From the IMG/VR virus record IMGVR_UViG_3300009159_000033: a stretch of 64,000 nucleotides of DNA; one strand, written 5' to 3'. Under the pieces are notes generated by a model. The model was given only the letters and a program-made list of their open reading frames with translations. It was not told the origin of the DNA and did not search any database. The stretch is from a virus. This document shows positions 7,706 to 16,451 of this stretch, piece by piece (positions within the stretch are counted from its first letter, which is position 1; each line of letters begins with the position of its first letter). The translations under genes were made by a program, and so were the position numbers.

Positions 7706-10700
7706 ATGTTGAATACGACCGTTGGACAACTGTTAATTAATGATGTCCTTCCGGAAGAGTTGAGAGACTCCCATCGTGTGCTAGACAAAAAAGGGTTGCA
7801 ATCTTTACTACAGCAAGTGGCGCGGCAGCACCCAGAGAATTACCGAGATATATCTTTTAAGCTAAGTAATCTTGGTCAAAGTATAGCACAAGAGCAGGGT
7901 GGTATGTCGTTTGGGCTTCGTCACATGCAAGTAAGTAAATCTGCAATAGCTTCCCGCCAGAAGGTTAGAGCTTCTCTTACTAATATCCTAGCTGACGATT
8001 CTTTGACAGACCAAGAGCGAAACGAGCAGATTATTCGTGCAGTTGGCAAGGAAAGTCCAGAACAGCAAAAACAAATACTTGCAGAAGCGTTAAAAGACAA
8101 GAACCCTCTCGGTATGCAGGTTATGTCGGGTACCCGTGGTAAGTCTATGAATCTAACTAGTTTGTTAGGTTCAGACATGCTGTATTCGGACCAGCGTGAC
8201 GATGTAATTCCAATTCCTGTGCTGCGAAGTTACAGCGAGGGGCTGTCTCCTGCCGAGTACTGGGCTGGAACCTACGGAGCACGCAAAGGCATTATGGCAA
8301 CTAAGTTTGCCACACAAGATGCTGGATTCTTTAACAAACAACTTAATCAAACTAGTCATAGATTGGTAGTCACCGGAGAAGATGCCGAAGAGGCAGACGA
8401 CGCACCTATCCGTGGATTAGTGGTGGATACTGATGATCCAGACAATGAAGGGGCATTGCTAGCTCGTAATGTTGGTCCTTACGCTAGAAATACTCCACTT
8501 ACTCCAAAAATACTGAATCATTTAAAACGGCTTGGTACACCTAAAATCTTAGTGAGATCTGCCCTAGTGGGCGGGTCTCCCGATGGCGGTGTTTATTCTA
8601 GAGATGTAGGTATTAGAGAAACTGGAAAGCTGCCTGGGCTTGGCGAGCAAGTTGGGTTACAGGCTGCCCACGCTTTAAGTGAACCGATTAGCCAAGGTCA
8701 GTTATCTGCAAAGCATTCGGGGGGCGTGGCCGGACAAGAAAAAGCTGTTAGCGGTTTTCAGTATTTAAACCAATTAGTACAAGTTCCTAAGAAAATGCAA
8801 GGAGGGGCAGCCCACTCGTTAATGGATGGAGTGGTGCAGCGTATTGAAGAAGCCCCTGCGGGCGGGAGCTATGTCACCATTGGGGATAAACAACATTATG
8901 TAGGGGCTGGGTTTGAGCTTAAAGTAAAAAAAGGAGATGAGGTAGAGGCTGGTGATGTAATTAGTTCAGGAATTCCTAACCCAGCAACTATTACCGAACA
9001 TAAAGGAATTGGAGAGGGTAGGCGGTATTTTGTTAATGAGTTCCGCAAGGCGATGGGTGACAGCGGAATGTTTGGGCACAGACGTAATATTGAGGTGTTA
9101 GCCCGAGGTCTTATCAACCATGTAAGGCTGACAGAAGAAACAGATGACCATGTGCCTGACGATGTTGTTCCTTACTCTACGCTTGAACACACATACAAGC
9201 CACGAGAAGACCACCAGCGGTTAACTCCTAAGCGTGCATTAGGACAGTATCTAGAGCGCCCTGTACTGCACTACACTATTGGGACCAAGATTCGACCTTC
9301 TATGCTTAAGAATTTTGAAGATTTTGAAATTAATGAAATTCCAGTGCATAAGAACCCACCGCCATTTGAACCAAACATGGTTCGTGGGTTGTATCAAATG
9401 CAACATGATCCCGATTGGATGACACAAATGTATGGGTCTGGTCTAAAGAAAAGCTTCTTAGACTCTGTGACTCATGGGGCTATCAGCGAAGAACGAGGTA
9501 CAAGCTTTGTTCCAAGCTTAGCAATGGGTCTTGATTTTGGAGAAGGTAAAAACCATGCGGTAATAAAACCTCAGCCTAGTTATGAGCTACCGGCATTACC
9601 TCCACTTCCTCCCCCTATTCCTTCTACTCCTGCTGCGGCAAAGCCTACAGCTCCTAGCAGTGCTCCTTTTTTTGGCGGGCGTTTTACCCCTGGGCAAACT
9701 AAGCTAGGATTAGATAGCACACCTTCTGTGTCTAAGCCACCTTCTGTCTCTAAGCCACCTGCTGTAACCAGTATGTCACCAGTTTCTAAGCCTCTTAATA
9801 CAAACATTATGCCTTCTCCTACTCCAGCCCCCAAAACTGCACCGACTACCCCAAGTTCAAACCAATTTAGTAACTTGATGCAAAACGATACTTTTGCACA
9901 GCAAACTGGTCAGATGTTAAACGGAGCAGATCCTACAAGTGCACTTATGATGCTAGGAGGCATGGCAGGGGGTAGTAATAACATGTCTCAGTTATTTAAC
10001 TCTGGGCCTTCGCAGCGATTAGCCACAAGCGGTAGTGGCGGTGGAATGTTTGGTAATTTGTTTAATATGTTTGGGAATAACAATCAAAATGGGCAATCAA
10101 TTATGCCCAGTGGAGATTACAACTCAGCTACAAATCAAGGCGGGATGTTGAGTAGTAACACATCTGCGGAATCTGCACCCGCATCTTCAGCAGAAGCAGT
10201 TCCTGCAGAGGCTACATCAAAAGCTGGTCCAGATATATTTACAGCTGTAGATCATGCACCGGCGGCCTATACCGCTATAAAAAATACAATCGTACCGCCT
10301 AAGGCATTACCTACTCCCCCTGCGCCTACTGCACTAGTGCCTAAAGCACCGCTACCTACAGCTCCAGCACCTATTACCCCTACTCCACCGATACCCAAAG
10401 CACCAATACCCAAAGCACCAATGCCAGCTGCACCAATACCAGCTGCACCCGGAGGTTTACTTAGTAAAGTAATGCCAGCAGTTTCCACGACTTACAAAAC
10501 ATTGGCTAAAGCAGCCCCTGGTATTGGAATAGCTTTAGAAACTGGGAGTGTCGGTTACGATGTTTACAATAAGGGTTGGGATAACACAACTAACGACGCA
10601 GCACAAAATATAAGAAACATTGCTTCAGGTAAAGATGGGTTGCACACATTGTGGCAAGCTCCTGTTCAAATTTTAAACCCAGTGGCTAACGCACAGCTAA

Positions 10701-11425
10701 TAGCAGGCGGTACAACTCAGACTGCACAGATGATTGGGGAGCAAGCTGGGATAGGTGCTGAAGCTATTCGAGATAAAGTAACTGGAACTGATGCTATTTC
10801 TCGTGCATCGGTTGTGGACAAATCAAAAGTTAACGCAATGGAAGTAGCAAAGCAAAAAGATTTAGAAGCACAAAAAGCTAAGCTTCAGCAAGAGTCGCAA
10901 AATACAAATATCATGGCTCCCTCCATGATAGAACAAAATAAACAAGAGCAAGCTGGCATCGATGCACAAATAGGAGACGCTAAAACTAGACAAGAAAATA
11001 CGGCAGACGAAACAGCTAAGTGGAGATTAGGTCAGCAGAATTGGTTTGGGAGTGGCGGACACAAATTCCGAGATGCCATGCAAAATTCGGTTGCAGCTAC
11101 GGACACAGAGCTAGCAGATTTAAAAGCTAAAGGTGAATTAGATGCAGTAGGTCAAGCACGGCAGGAGCAGTTATTAAATAGACAGGCGCAGCGTAAGGCA
11201 ATGCTGGGTACTTATGACCGAGAAAGCGGTTCCTCGGGTAAGGGATTATTCAGCAAGGATATACGCAATCGGGTTAGCGGTCTTAAAGAAAACATTGTGG
11301 CAGTTACTGCACAGCTTCGAGATACTTCTCTTCCTCCTGAACAAAGGGCAAAGCTAGAAGCCCAATTGAAAACTAATAACGAGGACCTTGCTGAGTACCG
11401 AGGATGGGCAGAAAGTTCTAAATAA
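7706..11425 (+). CDS. rpoC: RNA polymerase beta' C-terminal half (~7706-9545) fused to a ~625-aa Pro/Ala/Ser-rich and coiled-coil extension
   Basis: NTTVGQLLIN (cf. TTVGR), MSGTRG (cf. SGARG), bridge helix SYSEGLSPAEYWAGTYGARKG..ATQDAGF, trigger loop GLQAAHALSEPISQGQLSAKHSGG, sandwich-barrel hybrid VKKGDEVEAGDVI, RRNIEVLARGL. Confidence 0.93.
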   Translation: MLNTTVGQLLINDVLPEELRDSHRVLDKKGLQSLLQQVARQHPENYRDISFKLSNLGQSIAQEQGGMSFGLRHMQVSKSAIASRQKVRASLTNILADDSLTDQERNEQIIRAVGKESPEQQKQILAEALKDKNPLGMQVMSGTRGKSMNLTSLLGSDMLYSDQRDDVIPIPVLRSYSEGLSPAEYWAGTYGARKGIMATKFATQDAGFFNKQLNQTSHRLVVTGEDAEEADDAPIRGLVVDTDDPDNEGALLARNVGPYARNTPLTPKILNHLKRLGTPKILVRSALVGGSPDGGVYSRDVGIRETGKLPGLGEQVGLQAAHALSEPISQGQLSAKHSGGVAGQEKAVSGFQYLNQLVQVPKKMQGGAAHSLMDGVVQRIEEAPAGGSYVTIGDKQHYVGAGFELKVKKGDEVEAGDVISSGIPNPATITEHKGIGEGRRYFVNEFRKAMGDSGMFGHRRNIEVLARGLINHVRLTEETDDHVPDDVVPYSTLEHTYKPREDHQRLTPKRALGQYLERPVLHYTIGTKIRPSMLKNFEDFEINEIPVHKNPPPFEPNMVRGLYQMQHDPDWMTQMYGSGLKKSFLDSVTHGAISEERGTSFVPSLAMGLDFGEGKNHAVIKPQPSYELPALPPLPPPIPSTPAAAKPTAPSSAPFFGGRFTPGQTKLGLDSTPSVSKPPSVSKPPAVTSMSPVSKPLNTNIMPSPTPAPKTAPTTPSSNQFSNLMQNDTFAQQTGQMLNGADPTSALMMLGGMAGGSNNMSQLFNSGPSQRLATSGSGGGMFGNLFNMFGNNNQNGQSIMPSGDYNSATNQGGMLSSNTSAESAPASSAEAVPAEATSKAGPDIFTAVDHAPAAYTAIKNTIVPPKALPTPPAPTALVPKAPLPTAPAPITPTPPIPKAPIPKAPMPAAPIPAAPGGLLSKVMPAVSTTYKTLAKAAPGIGIALETGSVGYDVYNKGWDNTTNDAAQNIRNIASGKDGLHTLWQAPVQILNPVANAQLIAGGTTQTAQMIGEQAGIGAEAIRDKVTGTDAISRASVVDKSKVNAMEVAKQKDLEAQKAKLQQESQNTNIMAPSMIEQNKQEQAGIDAQIGDAKTRQENTADETAKWRLGQQNWFGSGGHKFRDAMQNSVAATDTELADLKAKGELDAVGQARQEQLLNRQAQRKAMLGTYDRESGSSGKGLFSKDIRNRVSGLKENIVAVTAQLRDTSLPPEQRAKLEAQLKTNNEDLAEYRGWAESSK

Positions 11426-11444
11426 TATTAGTTGTGTGCTTGTA

Positions 11445-11476
11445 TTGCGGTATAGGCCCCTATATGGCTAAACTGG
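11445..11476 (+). promoter_or_regulatory. Putative sigma70-type promoter TTGCGG-N18-TAAACT(GG)
   Basis: Intergenic; same design as 25556-25586; spacer holds the palindrome TATAGG-cc-CCTATA (11451-11464). Confidence 0.45.
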
Positions 11477-11512
11477 TCTAATAATTTCAAGTTTTAAACT
11501 TAGGTGAATATT

Positions 11513-11722
11513 ATGTGGAATAAACCGCTGCTTGGTGGGCTTGACATAAAATATGCTGCAGCATACTTGTTGCCTCCGACTACCATGAAGAAAAAGAAAA
11601 AGAAAACGCCACTAGAGGAAGAAGAAACGGATGTGGAAAAGGTGGCAGCTGCCTTGGGTGATGCTATTGTAAATGCCCGCCTTTCTTTACTTAGACAGCA
11701 GATGCGCTCTAATAATCGGTAA
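11513..11722 (+). CDS. Small hypothetical protein with a poly-Lys tract followed by an acidic tract
   Basis: AGGTG SD favours ATG 11513; MKKKKKKTPLEEEETD; KYAA and KVAA motifs. Confidence 0.55.
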   Translation: MWNKPLLGGLDIKYAAAYLLPPTTMKKKKKKTPLEEEETDVEKVAAALGDAIVNARLSLLRQQMRSNNR

Positions 11723-11738
11723 GTAATACAATCGAGGA

Positions 11739-14270
11739 ATGTTGCTCATGGAAATGCCTAGACAAAATAATTTATTGAAGAATGCTAGTATCGGCGGTAA
11801 GGGAGGAGAAACTGAATTTGAACAAGCTTTCTCTAGCTTGGCTTATGCTTATTTAAAAGATAAGGCACCCCGCCTCCTTGATTACATGTTAGGCTTCCAG
11901 CTAATTGATCGAAATGAAGATAACACTAAAGCTATTGGTGTCTTTGGTTTTCAAGTCGGCAAGCAATGGTTGTACGCTCCTGTATTTTTCTTAAATGGTG
12001 ATTTAAAAGGACACGAGTTACTCTACATAAAAAATAATGATTCGTTTGTTCCTATGAAGGAAAACTGGATCAACTATCTTATGAGTCGAAAACCTCATAT
12101 TTTAGGGGAGTCTTCCGTAGGTAAATTACAAGAGTTAGGAGGAATCGCTCCTGATATCAATTCTTTATCTATTTCTCCCCAAGGCCACAAGCACGCAAGT
12201 GATTCCCAGTGGTTACAGCCCGTTCTACCTATGCTAGCGGCCTTCAAAGTAAAACTTGCGGGCTCTTTGTACCGTGGTGCCGGCAGCCGTAAGCTGGATC
12301 AAAAGGCAGTTGTTCGAGTGCCATTCACAGCAGCATTAACCAAGACAGCTTCAAATCTGGATTTTAACCAAGTGCTGCCTAAAAGCTTGGCATTACTTGA
12401 AGCAGCTTACGACTTAGCAGAACGCTATCCCACCATTAAAAAAGCTACTAGTGACTTCTATGGTGTGGATTGTTTTTCACGCTGGGCTAAAGAACTTCGA
12501 AGTAACACAATCAAGCAGGCTAGCAGCATTCTTCCTACGCCTACTACTGTCACACTTGTGCCCAACACCTTGCTAAGCTCACTATCCCAGCCACTTCCTA
12601 TTACCGACCACATTAAGGAAGGTAAGTTAGAAGTCTATATGTCAGCTTCTGTGGTAACTAATAAAGATGAGCTAAACACCCTAGATCGAGAAAGGTTATT
12701 ACAAGGCAAAGTAGTCATCAAAGATCGTAGAGAAGATACAGAAGTAAGTAAGCTTTACACCACTGAAAATGATATTAGCCTCACCAACCCCTCTGAAACT
12801 GAATTGTATTCTGTTTTAGAGAGCTCTGGTGAATTTAGTAAAATGTTGGTGGTCTTGAATGGTATCAGCAGTCGTGGAGCAGAGTCCATGACCACAGTTG
12901 TACGGATAGATAAAAAGGATGGGGCTAACAAAAGCTGGTTAAATGCCGACAGCACGTCAGTTTTTGCTACACAAGTTTCTGACAAAGACGAGTGGAAAGA
13001 TTGGTTTGATGGCTTATCCTCTGATACAGACTTGGACGAGGATGCAGAATATATTGCTATAAACTACAGTCGTTCAGCTACTGCTCCTTTCCGTGTAACT
13101 ACGGACATGGGTGATGGTGAGTACAAAGTAGATTTTCGCACGAATAAAGATTATTCAGCTTCACGTAGCGAGCTGATGCCTAAGATACAAGATCGGTATG
13201 CTCCTTCTAGGCGGGGCATGGCAGCAGGTGCTAATCTAATAAGTTCTTTCAATAGTAATAGTAATTATGGGGCTACTCTAATCATTGGCAAAGAAGATAA
13301 GAGCGGCCTTAGACTTAGACCTGTCTCCGGACAACTTCGTGTGCCAGCTTCTTTCAAGTTCATCAAATTGTCGGATGGTTCTTCTTCCAGCATCTTTGGC
13401 GGGTGTGGCTGTTCACCTTTTGACGATGAATCAAATCCTATTAAGTTAGGTGGCTTAGCTGACATCAAACGCTTATTAGTTGAAAAGACAGCTAGGCTCA
13501 AGATATTTAATAACGGAACTGATGTGTACCTAGACTCTGTAATCGGTGCCGTTCAATTAAGCAAAAAAGCAGCACTATGCCGCTTGGTAGACACACATGG
13601 ACTTCGTGAAAAAGTTGCCGTGGATATGCTGCAACAAGCAGAGAAAAAAGGTCATGCAATTTATCGTGTGCTTTATGCTGCTGGTTATGGGACCGAGAAA
13701 CAAGCTGAGCCTAATACCAGCGTGTTAGCTGGAGGCCCATCCTTCCCCCTTGATACGGATACTTCTGGGGATCGTGGCAGTGAAACCTATGGCCCAAGCA
13801 CCTCTGCCCTAACTCGATATTCTACCGAGAAAAACTCGCCTATCCCTTCAATGAGCGGTAAGAACACAAATAGGTCTAAGTGGGACAACTGGCAGAACTT
13901 TGAAGCTAAAGATTTTCAACAAAATCTGCAATCTGCTCAAACTGCTGGCAAAGATGGGCAGAAAGAAGTATTTGATGTTTCAATGATGGCAGGTATGTTA
14001 AAAACAGTAAGACAAGATTCACTAGTAGATCGCCACTTGGGCGACTTAATGGCAGCCTTGGATTCGCTAGGCCGGTTGTTAATGAATTTCTACTGGCATC
14101 AAGAAGAATTTGAAGATAGATATGGCAAAAGTGATCTTCCAGAGTTAGAAGATAGTTTGCGCAATGCTTTTGAAGCTCTTGGTGATATTACACTCTTCTT
14201 GAAAGAGAAGACTATTGAGTCATCATTTGATAAAGGTGACATTAACTTAGACGAAGTTTCAAGGAACTAA
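11739..14270 (+). CDS. Large hypothetical protein, putative internal head protein (start possibly 11748)
   Basis: 843-aa ORF in the head region; KNAS, KHAS, KTAS, KQAS, KTA, KQA motifs. Confidence 0.7.
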   Translation: MLLMEMPRQNNLLKNASIGGKGGETEFEQAFSSLAYAYLKDKAPRLLDYMLGFQLIDRNEDNTKAIGVFGFQVGKQWLYAPVFFLNGDLKGHELLYIKNNDSFVPMKENWINYLMSRKPHILGESSVGKLQELGGIAPDINSLSISPQGHKHASDSQWLQPVLPMLAAFKVKLAGSLYRGAGSRKLDQKAVVRVPFTAALTKTASNLDFNQVLPKSLALLEAAYDLAERYPTIKKATSDFYGVDCFSRWAKELRSNTIKQASSILPTPTTVTLVPNTLLSSLSQPLPITDHIKEGKLEVYMSASVVTNKDELNTLDRERLLQGKVVIKDRREDTEVSKLYTTENDISLTNPSETELYSVLESSGEFSKMLVVLNGISSRGAESMTTVVRIDKKDGANKSWLNADSTSVFATQVSDKDEWKDWFDGLSSDTDLDEDAEYIAINYSRSATAPFRVTTDMGDGEYKVDFRTNKDYSASRSELMPKIQDRYAPSRRGMAAGANLISSFNSNSNYGATLIIGKEDKSGLRLRPVSGQLRVPASFKFIKLSDGSSSSIFGGCGCSPFDDESNPIKLGGLADIKRLLVEKTARLKIFNNGTDVYLDSVIGAVQLSKKAALCRLVDTHGLREKVAVDMLQQAEKKGHAIYRVLYAAGYGTEKQAEPNTSVLAGGPSFPLDTDTSGDRGSETYGPSTSALTRYSTEKNSPIPSMSGKNTNRSKWDNWQNFEAKDFQQNLQSAQTAGKDGQKEVFDVSMMAGMLKTVRQDSLVDRHLGDLMAALDSLGRLLMNFYWHQEEFEDRYGKSDLPELEDSLRNAFEALGDITLFLKEKTIESSFDKGDINLDEVSRN

Positions 14271-14273
14271 AAC

Positions 14274-15422
14274 ATGGCTTCAGAATATTCTCGTGTAGTT
14301 GCATTTTCTGGCAACTCAAATGCGATCCAAGCTTTGGAACTCCCTGCTCCATCTTATGGAACGCTGGACCGCTTTATTATTACGCAGACTAGCCCTGCAA
14401 GTAATACTGGTAGCGGTACCTTCAAAGTGTATGATCGCAGATCTGCATGCATAGGATTGACTGATCTTAATGTAGTAGACTCGGGAACTATTGCTAGTAT
14501 TTCGGTGGCTACTGCTAACTTTATCGGGGAATACGATGCTGGAGCTTCTTATAAGATTGGAGACATTGTAACCTACACTGGGGGTGCTTTGTGGCAGCGA
14601 AAAATCGCATCTGTCCCAGTTACTGTGGATCCCTATTGTGTTTCCGGTGCTGGTTTGGCAATCGTTAATGGAACTTATACTTATGTGGCTGGACCTAGAT
14701 CTCCGCACTCAGGATCAGGGCGATGGGAAAAAGTTGGTGATGACAATATAAGGATGGGTTACACGCCAGCTCGGGGTGATTACACGATAACACAAGGTTC
14801 TTCATTCCCATCAAATGTAAAATATACGGCAGCATGGGCGAGTTCTCCAGCAACTGCTTTAACTTCTACTTGGTCACGATGGGGTGGTGCGGATCCTGCC
14901 CCAACAGTAGTAGCTGGAACTTGTGAACCTGCTGGACCAGAAGGTCCGAGCACCCCAGGTAGTGCTTACTGGGAACCTGCACCCATCAATGTAAATCTTA
15001 CTGTAACTTTTAGTGCTCCACATGTTTTAACAGTAGGGTCTTCATTTTTTATTAAAGACTGCAATGTAGCCCTTTATAACAAAACTTACACAGTCACAGC
15101 TGTTGTTTCTGCAACTGCTGTAACAGTTTCTAGCTCTACTTTTTCATCTACGGCAATTACTTCTGGTGTCTGGCAGACAGATCCATTTAATCCCAGAACT
15201 TCACCTCCAACTAGCTTGGTCTATTCTGGTACTGTAACTGCTGGAACAACTTTTCAAGCATTTGATTTAAATCGTGGATATGAGAACAAGGATAACCAAG
15301 ACATTAATCTGCGTAGTCGCCACACAGGTCTTTGGTTAGAATTTACATCAGCTTCCCTAGGTGATGAAATAATGTTGGGATGGGAAGTTGCTTACACCTG
15401 CAAAACTAATAGCGTTGATTAG
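14274..15422 (+). CDS. Beta-rich Thr/Ser/Gly-rich putative virion surface protein with a CBM5/12-like motif
   Basis: YDAGASYKIGDIVTYTGGALW resembles the chitin-binding type-3 (CBM5/12) pattern; TVTFSAPHVLTVG..YNKTYTVTAV resembles a small beta-barrel common in phage fibre proteins. Confidence 0.5.
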   Translation: MASEYSRVVAFSGNSNAIQALELPAPSYGTLDRFIITQTSPASNTGSGTFKVYDRRSACIGLTDLNVVDSGTIASISVATANFIGEYDAGASYKIGDIVTYTGGALWQRKIASVPVTVDPYCVSGAGLAIVNGTYTYVAGPRSPHSGSGRWEKVGDDNIRMGYTPARGDYTITQGSSFPSNVKYTAAWASSPATALTSTWSRWGGADPAPTVVAGTCEPAGPEGPSTPGSAYWEPAPINVNLTVTFSAPHVLTVGSSFFIKDCNVALYNKTYTVTAVVSATAVTVSSSTFSSTAITSGVWQTDPFNPRTSPPTSLVYSGTVTAGTTFQAFDLNRGYENKDNQDINLRSRHTGLWLEFTSASLGDEIMLGWEVAYTCKTNSVD

Positions 15423-15428
15423 GAGTTA

Positions 15429-16451
15429 GTGTTGAAAAGCTACAAGGACGTACGCCTCGCTGACCCATTTCTTCGCCCCTACTGGAGGCATGAGCGGGTA
15501 CTCCGTATGCTTCGAAGTGTTCCTCCTGAGCGATGTAAACGATTTGATGATCAATGGATTCAAGAATATAAGAAGTTCTTGTTTTTCTGGAACAAAGGTG
15601 AAGGGCATAGAGAAAAGCTTCTCTATGAAAACCCTGGCTTATACTTTGCTTATAGTTTGTATGACCGATTAGCTGTTGAACCTGAGTTGACATTGATGAT
15701 CGAGGCTAGACTACTAGCTGGGGCATCTATCGAGAGCATAGCTAATGATTGCAAAACTATACCTGAAACTATCCAATGGTATGAGCGATTATTCTTTAAT
15801 GTATCTGATTTCTTGTCTCATCATGATTGGATTGTAAAGAATGTGCTTCTGCCAGCATCTGACCGCTTTGTTGAGCAAGCACCACATGACAGTGATGAAG
15901 CATCTCAGCCGATTATAGCTGCTGGGCTTATGCGTTCGCAGCTAGATCTGCCTTTAAAATTCTTTGCATATTTTGGCGGGCCTTTAGTATGTGATGTGAT
16001 GATTAGTGGGTTTCGTCGTAATAATCATGTATTAAATACAGATAATTTGGCGGAGTTCTTTAACAGTCAGTTCACACTTCAAGTACAGCGTCGCAGCGCA
16101 CAAGCAGCGGGTCAGTTTGAAGTGAATAAGTACAATGTGATGGAATTGCTTAATACACATGCACGACTGATGGAATTACAGCGATCAGACAAGAGCCAAG
16201 AAGTAAGGCACAATGAGTTTGAGAAAAATGTCAGTGCAATGATGTTAGAAATTCCTTGGAGTATTGGGAAAAACGGGGAACAGTTATATCAAGGAACCCC
16301 TGTTGGTAAGTATGATATGGGACCAGTTGAGTTGAATTCAGAAGAAGCTATTTTGATCGCAGCTGGAACTAACTTACCTGTGTTGGAACACGATACAGGT
16401 GTTGATGTTTATAAACGGGAGGAGCCAGAAAAAAATGCAAGCACTAAGTAA
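15429..16451 (+). CDS. Hypothetical protein with a possible helix-turn-helix
   Basis: AGGAG SD; IEARLLAGASIESIANDCKTIPETIQWY has HTH-like spacing; ends EKNASTK. Confidence 0.55.
   Translation: MLKSYKDVRLADPFLRPYWRHERVLRMLRSVPPERCKRFDDQWIQEYKKFLFFWNKGEGHREKLLYENPGLYFAYSLYDRLAVEPELTLMIEARLLAGASIESIANDCKTIPETIQWYERLFFNVSDFLSHHDWIVKNVLLPASDRFVEQAPHDSDEASQPIIAAGLMRSQLDLPLKFFAYFGGPLVCDVMISGFRRNNHVLNTDNLAEFFNSQFTLQVQRRSAQAAGQFEVNKYNVMELLNTHARLMELQRSDKSQEVRHNEFEKNVSAMMLEIPWSIGKNGEQLYQGTPVGKYDMGPVELNSEEAILIAAGTNLPVLEHDTGVDVYKREEPEKNASTK

Noticed and set aside
1591-11425. Bacterial chromosomal rpoBC operon
   Set aside because: No ribosomal-protein or nusG neighbours, zinc sites lost, and surrounded by capsid and tail genes
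1591-11425. Eukaryotic giant virus (NCLDV) RNAP
   Set aside because: Motifs are bacterial-type; SD sites, a sigma factor, an HK97-like MCP and a contractile tail are present
16429-16436. A AAA AAT slippery site fusing 15429-16451 to the next ORF
   Set aside because: The next ORF is in the +1 frame, not -1, and has its own GGAGGAG SD and ATG at 16435
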